Source: Zygophlyctis sp. KS116 (taxonomy: Eukaryota > Fungi > Chytridiomycota). Taken from it: 22,038 bases of DNA. This document shows positions 1 through 10,290 of this stretch, in pieces. The notes under the pieces were generated by a model, which was not told the origin of the DNA, did not search any database, and saw only the letters and a list, made by a program, of their open reading frames with translations. The translations under genes and the position numbers were made by a program. Within the stretch, counting starts at the first letter, position 1. Every line of letters starts with the position of its first letter. The DNA lies in NCBI GenBank assembly GCA_054661495.1, contig BAAFSQ010000167.1, positions 1 through 22,038 on the forward strand, written 5' to 3'.

Positions 1-1502
1 CTCAAATCATGATCTGATTCAATTAGCTTGTTGAGAGATAAAATATTGTATGACGTATCCGGTACATAGATTACATCCTTTATAATGAAGTCGTCTTTAA
101 TTCCAATAGTTCCTCTACCCAACCCGATGATTTTTCTACCACTCTCCAACTGGTTTATAGATATTTTCTCTTCAATAAAGTCCTTGAATAACTTTTTATT
201 CCCTGAAATGTGTGACGTCGCGCCACTGTCAACTATCCAAACGTTGTTTTTGGTGTCTTTTGTATCTGTACTAGATACCAGTCCTATTTCTTCTTCTATT
301 TCTTTCTCAGAGGCTTTGGCTACTGTTTCTTGAGTTTTTTTCTCAAACTTCTTGTTCGTTTCCTTTTTGAAACCTTTTGTCTTGTTTCTTTTCATTCGAC
401 AGTCTCTTGCGTAATGACCTTTCTTTTGGCAATTGTAACATGTCACATCAACAGCTGACGAGATTAATGCTCTATCTTCATTATCACTTACTTTTCTTAG
501 ACGAAGCTTTGCATGGTACCGTAATTTACTTATTACTGCATCAAGATTCATATTGTCAGCATTCTCAATCGTTTGGACAAACGCCTCGTAGTGGTTTGGC
601 AAACCTTCGAGAATATAACCAATTAATTGATCATCAGGGATTCGCTCGCCTTGATCAATGAGTTCCAATTGGAGTTTCTTGAATGTTGATAAATAAACAT
701 CAATCTTTGAATCAGATTTCAGCTTTAGATCTCCCAATTCTGTTCTGATTCTTCTTATTTCAGCTCGATTCTTAGGTGCACAGTATTTGTATAATTTATC
801 CCACGCGATCTTGGCACTATCAGTCTCTATGATGTGCGAAAGAATATTTTGAGTTACGTTTCTACTAATAAAATCCAATGCATATTGATTTCGTTTATCA
901 TTGACATCCAGCTCATCCTTGATCGCATCAAAAATGTTACAGGCCTTCATCTGACGCATAACAATGACACTCCAAGTCATAAAGTTGTTTGGCCCAGATA
1001 ATTTTGGTTCGATATTCGCTTTAGGCATCTTAATATCTTTTATATTGTTCATTTTCACGCTAGAGATCTCGTCATCGTATACGTCATCATCATCGTGACG
1101 TCGGCTTGTTTTCTCACTCGAATGGTTAATCGGTTTGTCCGAAAATAGACTTGAGCCATCAGGACTTCTTTCGGTAGAATGCATATTAGCATCTTTTCTT
1201 AAATGTTTTTCAATTGCTTTATCAATAGATACATTTAGTTTTGCATCTACAATCTTCATCATTGTTTGAGTTAACAAATCAATATCATTTTGAGTAAACT
1301 TCATTTGATTTCCACCCAATTGTTCACTTCTTTCATCATTGGTTGAATCAGAAAACATAACTGGATCTTTTGATGTCCCTTCACCAAAATTTCTCTCTTG
1401 AGTATTTCCAATTTTTGCACTAGCAGCTTCAGTTGATCGAAGTGCATATGGTGCTGATAACGTTTGTTGCTTCTCTTTAGTGACTTTCTTGTTTCCGGAC
1501 AT
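1..1502 (-). CDS. Ty1/Copia retrotransposon Gag-Pol polyprotein, N-terminal ~500 aa (runs off the left edge)
   Basis: Hand translation from ATG at 1502 is open to the window edge (so absent from the ORF track). It gives LSGPNNFMTWSVIV (Copia Gag N-terminus), SAKIAWDKL...ILEGLPNHYEAFV (UBN2-type Gag), CCHC knuckle CYNCQKKGHYARDC, protease WIVDSGATSHI and IKDVIYVPDTSYNILS. Confidence 0.92.
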   Translation of the reverse strand, partial: MSGNKKVTKEKQQTLSAPYALRSTEAASAKIGNTQERNFGEGTSKDPVMFSDSTNDERSEQLGGNQMKFTQNDIDLLTQTMMKIVDAKLNVSIDKAIEKHLRKDANMHSTERSPDGSSLFSDKPINHSSEKTSRRHDDDDVYDDEISSVKMNNIKDIKMPKANIEPKLSGPNNFMTWSVIVMRQMKACNIFDAIKDELDVNDKRNQYALDFISRNVTQNILSHIIETDSAKIAWDKLYKYCAPKNRAEIRRIRTELGDLKLKSDSKIDVYLSTFKKLQLELIDQGERIPDDQLIGYILEGLPNHYEAFVQTIENADNMNLDAVISKLRYHAKLRLRKVSDNEDRALISSAVDVTCYNCQKKGHYARDCRMKRNKTKGFKKETNKKFEKKTQETVAKASEKEIEEEIGLVSSTDTKDTKNNVWIVDSGATSHISGNKKLFKDFIEEKISINQLESGRKIIGLGRGTIGIKDDFIIKDVIYVPDTSYNILSLNKLIESDHDL

Positions 1503-1534
1503 ACTTAATAGATCTCTTAATCCAATAACTTATC

Positions 1535-1569
1535 CCCGTTGGTTAAACCTAAGGTTTACCCTTAAGGGT
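1535..1569 (+). repeat. 5' subterminal inverted repeat plus adjacent palindromes of the Helentron-type element
   Basis: CCCGTTGGTTAA at 1535-1546; TAAACCT-A-AGGTTTA at 1544-1558; perfect palindrome ACCCTTAAGGGT at 1558-1569. Confidence 0.75.
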
Positions 1570-1755
1570 TTTTTTATAGTACGTACATTTATAAGAATTT
1601 ATTCACTTCTTATTCGATCAATAAGCAAAATCAAGGAAAAATAAACCACAATCATAATTTAAAAAAAAACGCAGCAAAAATTTATATATTGATGAATTTT
1701 AAGCATGTTTGGTGGTCACAAAAATTAGTGACCCGAAAACATTGAATTTACATCA

Positions 1756-1785
1756 TAACTATTAAACTATTAAACTATTAACTAT
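1756..1785 (+). repeat. Short tandem repeat (TAAACTAT/TAACTAT) x4
   Basis: TAACTAT TAAACTAT TAAACTAT TAACTAT read directly. Confidence 0.85.
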
Positions 1786-2080
1786 AAAATTTTAAATTAT
1801 ATTAAATAAATAAGTATATCTAACAATATTTTTTGAAATATATTTTGGATTGGTGGGCCCCCAATCCATGTAAAAATTAAACTTATTACCACAAATTTCG
1901 TTTGTATTAATTCCAGTGGCTGTTATTCTTGAAGCGTACAATCCTGTTTGATACCGCAAAATTCTATTAAAGTGGGGGGCCCACCACTTAATATTATATA
2001 TTTTTTGTAGGGTTAATAATACATTCTTTTGGTACCTTACCAACCACTAATTGATTATCCATGAAAACATGATTTTAAGT

Positions 2081-2345
2081 AAAGTAGGGGGCCCACTAAT
2101 TTATAATCTAATTTATTCAAATTTCATTAGCACCATACCCAACAAAATTAAACGCAGGATATTATAGATTAGAAATGAAAGACTTGATTCTAAATTAGGG
2201 GGCCCACTAATTTATAATCTAAATTATTCAAATTTCATTAGCACCATACCCAACAAAATTAAACGCAGCATATTATTTACTAGAAATGAAAAACTTGATT
2301 CTAAATTAGGGGGCCCACTAATTTATTATCTCAATTATTCGAATT
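2081..2345 (+). repeat. 111-bp tandem repeat (~2.3 copies), each unit containing a GGGCCC-centred palindrome
   Basis: TAGGGGGCCCACTAATTTAT starts at 2085, 2196 and 2307; the first two units are nearly identical. Confidence 0.92.
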
Positions 2346-2654
2346 TTTATAATTGCAGATCAAAAAAAATTAAACTTCATTCGGAAATCATTCTGAGGCG
2401 CTCATTCAGAGTTAGGTAATACTCAGCAAATCTTCGCTGAGTGTGTCGTATTAAATACCACATTACCTGTAAGCCGAAATACAGAAACACTTTCGCGAAA
2501 TGAAATTTTTTAAAGCTGATTAGTGTTGCAGTTTACACAACAGTAACACTAGTCAGCATTTTTTTGGCAAAGAAAATACCACAATTTTTTTTTTAAAATT
2601 CGCAGTTTATTTGTATATATTCAAAATCAGGTGGCATTGGTCCCGCATTAGAGG

Positions 2655-5600
2655 ATGAACAAAGAGGTAGTTTACAAAAACCCATATGATTACTTAAGGG
2701 AAAACCCATCAATAAGTTATCATTCAATAATATCTAAATTTAATTTTTTAAAATCTTTAAATCTTACCCAAACTAAAAACAATAAAAACTTATTAATTGC
2801 ACTCATGCAGCAGCTAAATATAAATATAGAATTAGATTGTTATGACTTGTTGGAATTAAACTGTGAGATTTCACCGCGCACCATTTTAATCAATTTTCCT
2901 TCATTAATTGGTTTAGGATTTAAAATGTCAGATCGTAGATGTGATCTCATAAATGCTCTTCGTCGTCATAAAACACATATCCCATCATGTTTACTTGCCG
3001 TCAAGCCTAGGGAAAAGCCTTCTGAAAACATAAAAATTAAGAAAGTGGATATAAATATAATACGAAAACTAAAACAATTGCTCATGGATGAAAAACCCCA
3101 AATGCTTGCTGAATTTCCTCCCACTATTTCGTACAGTAAATGCAAAAATTATTACAAGCAATCCTATGATTCTTTGCAATACCTGTTTCGCAATGGTGTA
3201 TACTGTGTTTGCTGCTATAGATCATCCAAATTTACAGCAAAAAATATTAAATTCAAATCTTATGATATTAAATGTTTCCCGAATCTTCATATACTCACGT
3301 ATAAGGAGCCGACACTAATCGTTGAAACTACGCCTAACACTTTCTCCGAAATTAGACATAATTTAAGATTTGGAATGGATTTTGTTAGCGAAAGTCAGCT
3401 ACTAAACCACAAAGCACTTTATATAGCTGGTACCGGAAATTTTGATGAATTGATTTTATGCACAGAATGTGAACAATATTTAAACAAACTTCAAGTGCCC
3501 CCGTTAAGTTTGGCCAATGGATTCAATTTTAAATATCCAACCGATTTACCACTGTTAAACTTCATTGAAACTTTAATTATTTCAAGATTACAGATTCAAA
3601 GCGGTATTGTTAAGCTGTCTCAGTTTAAAAAATGTTCGTCCCAGCTGGCATTTAAGGGTCATTTTATAACGAAACCACAGAACCCAGATAAGTTACTTGA
3701 TACCCTCCCCTTGCCATTAAGTGTACTAAAAGATACATTACACATCATATTTGTACAAGAAAACAGGCAAAGCGTTGAACCCACACTAGCCACTTTTAAG
3801 TCCCCATTTACAGTATCTAGGAAAAAAATCAAGACATGGCTATTGTGGTTACAGTTAAATAATCCATATTACAAAGACGTGAAAGTTTGCAGTATTCTAA
3901 TTCATGATTATCCTGAGCAGTCAGCGATATCCTTTAATTATACGTCCGTGAATGATACAGATCATAAAGATTACATTGCTGAAAATGGCGTAATAACTAA
4001 CTTAGTACTAGATACTCCTCCTAATACGTTCAGCGATTTGCAAACAAGCATTTTAATTGATGAAACTGGTACAACTTTGTCATTTAAAGAAATTTATAAT
4101 GGTATTTTAACCACTTTCGATAACAGACATGAATTCGTAAAGTTTCCTTCTGATACAGTTGCCCTCATATCTCCTGATAAAACTATATGGAGTAACCATC
4201 CAACCTTTTATCCTTATGCATTTCCAACACTTTTTCCCTACGGAATAAGCCATCCGAAATCAAAGAATCACAAAAACGTTTCTTTCGCAAAGCAAATAGA
4301 ATATTTTTTAAGTGTTCATACGCCAATTTTTAGGAATTCAATGCCTTTTCTTTGCTGTGCATATGATACAATACTAAAAACACAAATTTTCAATAGTATA
4401 CGATTTAGCCTGCCTAATATAAAACAGGATGATTTTCAATCCATATCAAAAATTACCGAAGAGGATATTAAAGCTGCGTTAAAATCACATACAGATAAAT
4501 CATTCAGCGAGGTTCCATTATCAGTTAAATCTTTGCTAAAAAACGTAACTTTGGTTAATAAGAAAATTCCTTATTCCCAGGAAAGCAAATATTATCATAG
4601 GGAAAAAATTAGATCCAGCATTATCAAGAAAGGAATTCCTTCTTACTACATTACAATTTCCCCTGCTGATATGCACAATTTTTACGCGTTTTTTGCTTGC
4701 AAAGATGGTAAAGACGTTGATTTAAATTCATTCCCGCCTAGCTTATGCAATGTCTTTGAAAGAAATAAGTTAGCATCAAAAAATCCTGTTCCGTTAGCAA
4801 TGTACTTTAGCAATTTGATAGAGATAATTTTTTCCAGTCTATTTGGGTATTCAAACAGCAACAGAGAAGGTATATTCGGTGCTTGCTCTCATTATTATGG
4901 CATGGTAGAGACACAAGCAAGAGGAAGTCTTCATATACATCTTCTGCTTTGGGTAGACGGTCAGCTAACCCCTGACGAATTGTATAAAAGACTAAGCACT
5001 GACGAAATATTTAGGAGTAAAATGATAAAATATTTAGAAAATACTGTATCAACTGATGATTCATCTTTTGGGCCTATTGATGAAAGTTTGATAGACTCTC
5101 TTAAAGAGAATAAATTCAGGCCAATCGTTAGTCCTAATAGTATCACATTCGAACAGCAAATTGGACAGGATATGTATATAGCCTGTAATACTTCGATTCA
5201 GCTACACGAACACACATTTTCATGTTTTAAAAATGGTAAAAAGTGTCGTTATCGCAAACCAGAGCCAATTTATTATACGTCGTTTTTTGATGACAACTCA
5301 GGAAAAATAAATTTAAGAAAGCTTAATCCAATGATCAATAATTTCAATCAATGGCTGACCGCTTTCACTAAATGCAACACGGATGTGTCTTATTTACAAT
5401 ATGGCGAAAGTACGCTGGCTGTAACATACTACATCACCAATTATATTACTAAGTCTTCAGTTGGTGTTGACAATGAATTTATAATATCTAAAGCTGCGTT
5501 AAAAGAAACTTTATCTAGACCTCTTACTAAAAATACAAACTTTTCAGATGAAAAGAATTTTACCAGAGATATTTTAACTAGTTATCAAATGGCCCTTCGA

Positions 5601-8193
5601 AATAATACTCAGATAGCGCTTAACGAAGTTGCCACAAAATTACTTAATCTACCAATGGCCTACACCCCTGCAACCTACAGTACACTTTATATATACTCAG
5701 TGTTCGAGGAATTTAAGCTAAGAAAGCATAATGCTTGCTTAGATTCTCTTAAAGTAATACTTGATTACAGAGGCAATCAGCTTCACAGTACATATATAGA
5801 CTATAAATATCGAATAGGCGAGCTCGAAACTATGACTTTTTACGATTATTGTTCTTGTTTCAGCAAGGTTTACCTTAAAAACGCAGATTTTTCATTTTTA
5901 GCAGGACATCCACAATATGTAACTCATGGGATAAAACTGAATTCTAACCTTGCGATTCCTATTATTTATGGGAATATTCCAAATCCGTATAGTGATTCTT
6001 CAGATACAATTTTTGATTACAATCTAACTATGTGTATAATTTTTACGCCTTGGCGGAATTACCACGATATAGACTTTTGTTTACTCGATAAACTAGAACC
6101 GTATGAATCAATCCTGGTTAATAACTTCAAGCTTCTGTTTAAATCAAAAGAAGACGCTAGACGTTACGCAATCAATAAAGTTAATGAGGATGTAAGCCTT
6201 ACTTCCGAGCCATATCTTGAAGAATATATAAAACCAATCTACAACGAAGATATAAATGTCGAAGATTGGGATATTTACTTTTCTCTGGAAGATTTAAACC
6301 CATTTCTAGATGATGGAGAGTCAAATTTAGTTAAATGTATGAAAGATATATATCAGCAGAACATTGAATACTTAGATATTAATCCTTCTAACTGTATCGA
6401 TAAGTCTAATTACAGTACATTTGATGACGTTCAGCTTACTTTATGGAAGCAGTCAGTAAAGAATTTGGAAAAGGAAATAACTGGTTCATCAAATAATTCC
6501 AATTGTTCAAAGCATACCATCCCAAATCAAACATCCACTCTTAAGGCTGTAGCTATTCAGGCATTATCTTTAACGAATTTAACTCATGTTATAGATGATC
6601 ACTTTCAGTGTAGCTTACCGGAAAGCATGTATAAGTCACAGGAGAATTCAATTATTGATAGAAATCAATTATATGATGAGATGGTTTCTAAGTACGAACT
6701 AAATAGCGAACAAACAAAATGTTTCAAAATATTTTATCAGGCATATCTTCTGCGGGAACAGAATCCGGTGAACGTTTTAACAACTGGAGAAGGTGGTACA
6801 GGTAAATCAAGAATTATAAATGCAATCCGCGAATTTTTGCAACGCACTGGGGAATTAAGAAAGTTGAAGATTATGGCTTTTACTGGATCTGCTGCATTTC
6901 AGATAAGGGGTAATACGATTCATAAATGCTTGGGTTTAAAAATGTCTTCATTAAAAAGAAAACGTGCAAATGAAAAGTCAATGTCGGATAACTATAATTT
7001 ACATTCTTATTGGAATGAAGTAGCTTTCATTATTATCGATGAAATATCTATGGTTTCTTCTTCTTTATTGGAGCAATTGGATGAATTACTACGAAGTCAC
7101 TATAATTCTGAAAATAATTTCGCAAACCGTCATGTGTTCTATTTTGGAGATTTTTATCAACATACTCCTGTGTCGGGAAAGCCTATCTATCATAGCAAAT
7201 TGTGGAGTAAAATAACCCATGCCGTAAAACTTCAGACTCAGATGCGATCTATAGACGACCCAGCATTTGTTTCTTTCTTGTCTAGCTTACGTATGAGGTC
7301 TATATCTAAGAAACAAGAAATATACCTTAATTCACGGCTAATAACGAATGTGAATGAATGTCTATCGGACTGGATGGAAGCACCTTTGTTTACGAATACT
7401 AACAAGGTTGTAGCACAAACAAATAATTTAAGAACTCAGCTTTTTGCTATATCAGCAAATTATCCTGTTATTATATTTTCAGCGATAGACTCAATTGACG
7501 GTAAAAGAATCAAGTCAAAAGAGATACTAAGAAAGATTAAAAATTCTTATTCGTTTAAAGGATCAGGTACTACGTGTTTATTTAACCATTGACAGGAGTT
7601 CAAAATCAAAGGGTAATGACAGTGTGTATTGGTTCCAAAATTATGCTCACTAACAATATCTGTACAGAGCTTGGTCTTACCAATGGAACGATAGGAACTG
7701 TGCATAATATTATTCTTCCTCCAAACAACGCACATACAGTTCCTAGCTTGAACGCAATTATTTGCACAATACCGCCGGTTATATTATTCGAGCCAGATGA
7801 AAAATGTAATGCTTTGGAATCTATTAACTTTCCTGGTATACTTAAGCCAGGCATAATACCCATTTTCGCCACGGATAGTACTTTCCGCATTGAAGAGCTT
7901 AACCAATTGGTGACTAGAAAGCAGCTTCCAATACAGGGTGGCTACGCTTTTACAGACTATAAAATTCAAGGTTTGTTAAATATATTTAAATTATAGGAAA
8001 AACTTTCAAAAAATGTATTATAGACGGCCAAGCACAAAGAATGGCTAACGCTTCGCCGTATGTAATGCTATCAAGAGCTACTGGATTAGATTCTATTATA
8101 CTAATTAGACCTTTTCAGTCAAAACATCTTTCTCCGGGTATTCCGAATGAACTGAAAGTTTGCTTGGACAATTTGTCAGCTAAATACATTTAG
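2655..8193 (+). CDS. Helitron-family Rep-helicase (HUH Rep + Pif1 SF1B helicase), 1827 aa, join(2655..7566,7596..7970,7997..8193)
   Basis: Rep motifs YYITISPAD, VETQARGSLHIHLLLW and YYITNYITK; N-terminal CxxC..PPLSLANG region; Pif1 motifs TGEGGTGKS, AFTGSAA, IIDEISM, FGDFYQHTPV and QMRS. Removing two GT-AG introns restores YAFTDYKIQGKTF and YVMLSRATGL; TAG at 8191-8193. No C-terminal AP endonuclease. Confidence 0.93.
7567..7595 (+). other. 29-nt spliceosomal intron in Rep-helicase
   Basis: GTACTACGTGTTTATTTAACCATTGACAG; removal joins ORF 2655..7592 to ORF 7589..7996 in frame (phase 1). Confidence 0.85.
7971..7996 (+). other. 26-nt spliceosomal intron in Rep-helicase
   Basis: GTTTGTTAAATATATTTAAATTATAG; removal restores helicase motif V (KIQG|KT) and brings motif VI into frame. 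Confidence 0.9.
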
Positions 8194-8634
8194 TTTTAAT
8201 TTTTGAGTTAAGGACTTAAGGGCTTATTTTTGTATTTTGCACCAAAAATGATCGGCATGCTATTATGGCTACTATTCGAGTTCCTTCAAATGCTTTTTGA
8301 AAATGAACACTTGATTCAAAATTCTTGAAGAATGTAGTAAAAATCAAGTATAAATATGGCTATGTTACGTCTGGTTATCTTTGCTGATCTCGGAGAATTT
8401 ATTTGCAAATCTCCGAATTTACAAAAAATTTTCGACCTCTCTAACAATTTGAGAAATAACATCTGGTAGCTTGTCGGATATAATCATATATGAATTGTTA
8501 TACTTTAAGACTATAAGGGTTAACTGCCTGACAACATAAATTTGCTATCTTACCTACAATAAAGAATTACAAATTACCTTTTGATTTAAGCCACAAAATT
8601 AAAGAATTAAAAGTTTAATTTAAATCTAAGCCAC

Positions 8635-9483
8635 ATGAGAAAAAAAAATATTGAAATGATAACTCCTCCAGGATCTCCAGATACTACGCTTGAGCCTATA
8701 TTGAAGGAAAATTTAGAAAAACTTGAAAAAGCCCAATTTAAAATATCACATCCGAGTTTAATGGGGGTCATTCCGATTGATATAACATATAAAGAAACTT
8801 TTCTGGATCAGACTCTAACTGGAATAGTTAAATACTCTCCTTATCTGACTGATATTGGTAATTTCAAAGCAGGACATGCCTTTAAAAATAATGCTATGTT
8901 GGTAGATAACCCACTACGGGTCAATCAAATTTTAACTATTTCGGTTCCCAGAGATCAGCAGTACATAGATGCACTCTCTAAGTTTTCGGAGAAGTGTGCT
9001 GCTACAATCTTGGTAGAGGATCCTATGATGAAAATGGGGGTTTTCAATTCAGAAAAAGAACATTGGACTTTCAAAAATTCTTTAACTTGCAGAACAAAGA
9101 ATAAAGTGGCTATAGAGGATCTATTTCAATCTTTGGATAATAAGCTGAAAATCCAGGATAGTTATAAAACATGTGTTGCACAGTTGCAGCAAAATCCGTC
9201 TTCGGTGATTTACTTACCTCAGCATAGAGTTCAAGTTCGGAAAAAGGTCACCACTGGTAAGGTTAAACCTTTAGCAGCTGATGAATCAATCCAGCCAGGA
9301 GATCTAGTAAGTGTCAAGTTCCTTATAATTTCAAATTGGCTGCCTCAAAACCAATTTGGTCTGAATTTTAAAATGGTGTCTATCTTACTTGAAAGAAAAG
9401 GAAATGGATATTTTAGTACTGATTCGTCTGATACTATTTCACCAATTGAACCTTTAAAAAAGAGAAAAATTAGTCTATTTTAA
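8635..9483 (+). CDS. 282-aa protein carried by the element; putative OB-fold ssDNA-binding protein (T7 gp2.5/NCLDV SSB-like)
   Basis: Intact ATG-TAA ORF inside the subTIRs. IQPGDLVSVKFLIISNWLPQNQFGLNFKMVSILL resembles the terminal beta-strands of gp2.5-type SSBs; C-terminal NLS-like PLKKRK. Function is inferred. Confidence 0.6.
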   Translation: MRKKNIEMITPPGSPDTTLEPILKENLEKLEKAQFKISHPSLMGVIPIDITYKETFLDQTLTGIVKYSPYLTDIGNFKAGHAFKNNAMLVDNPLRVNQILTISVPRDQQYIDALSKFSEKCAATILVEDPMMKMGVFNSEKEHWTFKNSLTCRTKNKVAIEDLFQSLDNKLKIQDSYKTCVAQLQQNPSSVIYLPQHRVQVRKKVTTGKVKPLAADESIQPGDLVSVKFLIISNWLPQNQFGLNFKMVSILLERKGNGYFSTDSSDTISPIEPLKKRKISLF

Positions 9484-9646
9484 TGGTTAATAGAATTAAT
9501 ATTTTCCTATTTTTGCTTGTTTTATTCAATTATTTTTTCTTCTCCCAGTCAAATTGGTCTACGGTTCGATCTCCACATTCAGTAAATGTCAATTTTTTTT
9601 GTAACTTTCGTGTTTGATTCTATTCCTCTTGCAGCGACAGTCACCC

Positions 9647-9658
9647 TTAACCAACGGG
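9647..9658 (+). repeat. 3' subterminal inverted repeat of the Helentron-type element
   Basis: TTAACCAACGGG is the exact reverse complement of 1535-1546; followed by a weak stem GGACGTAGGACC and TTATTTTT. Confidence 0.75.
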
Positions 9659-9689
9659 CTTTGGACGTAGGACCTTATTTTTATTCAAC

Positions 9690-10290
9690 ACTTAAAATGA
9701 CGTAAGCAATAATCTTAAATCCTTAAGGCGCAATTATTCAATACTTTCATGTAAGGCACCTAACTCATTTAATATAGTTTGTAACTCCTAAGCCATATAT
9801 TCAGATTATGCCATAAATTTTACCATTTTGTACTTGTTAGACCTTATTTTTTATGAAGAGTTTGTAAGGCTAAATGATCAGGAGCAATATGAGCAAACTC
9901 CATGTTTATGTTTATATAAAGGTTCCCTTTTGTCACAACAACAATTTTCTTAAAACCATCCTTTTTTATACTTGCAGTATCGCCTTCAAATAAAATTTTA
10001 TAACCACCACATATAAGCCTCGAAACTGAAATCAAACAGTATTTAGCCTTTGGTACGTATAAGACATTATCCAAAACTAACTCTGGACTTATATGCTAAA
10101 CTTAACCCTTCACACAGCCTAGCTGACCAATACTTATTTTTTTTTATATCTGCTCGAGAAGCAATTACCCTAAGTACCAGCGAACGTATGACGGATACTA
10201 ATAGAAATATGTGCACATAATAATCATGAGAATCCATCTATCTTTAGCTAACTACACCAAACTTTAACAGTTATACTCCCTCGTTTAGAA
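9690..10290 (-). pseudogene. Heavily deleted Ty1/Copia relic
   Basis: Minus-strand fragments in Copia order: decayed knuckle (YNC..FG..LAKD), RWIL, DNVLYVPKAKYCLISVSRL (protease), LHKK (pre-integrase-like), SEYMA..ILNELG (RNase H-like); many stops and frameshifts. Confidence 0.7.

Larger units (their letters stand above)
1530..9682 (+). mobile_element. Autonomous Helentron/Helitron2-type (HLE2) rolling-circle transposon, ~8.15 kb; ends approximate
   Basis: Perfect 12-bp inverted pair CCCGTTGGTTAA (1535-1546) / TTAACCAACGGG (9647-9658); 5' end TT followed by fold-back palindromes; T-rich 3' end; internal microsatellite and tandem repeats; Rep-helicase with RGSLH in motif 2. Confidence 0.8.

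Noticed and set aside
85-661. Plus-strand ORFs of 82 and 94 aa
   Set aside because: Antisense shadows of the Copia gag-pol.
1792-2043. 83-aa minus-strand ORF
   Set aside because: Non-ATG start, overlaps the palindrome array, and has no recognisable motifs.
1846-2345. CRISPR-like array
   Set aside because: Spacers are ~90 nt and two are near-identical; no cas genes; eukaryotic context.
2390-2500. Hammerhead ribozyme
   Set aside because: No correct CUGANGA...GAAA core on either strand.
8466-8475. TGGTAGCTTG, identical to the PBS of element B
   Set aside because: A 10-nt match with no adjacent LTR end; probably chance.
9546-9600. A-box/B-box-like motifs (GGTTCGATC) plus a T-run
   Set aside because: The boxes are only a few nt apart and there is no cloverleaf.
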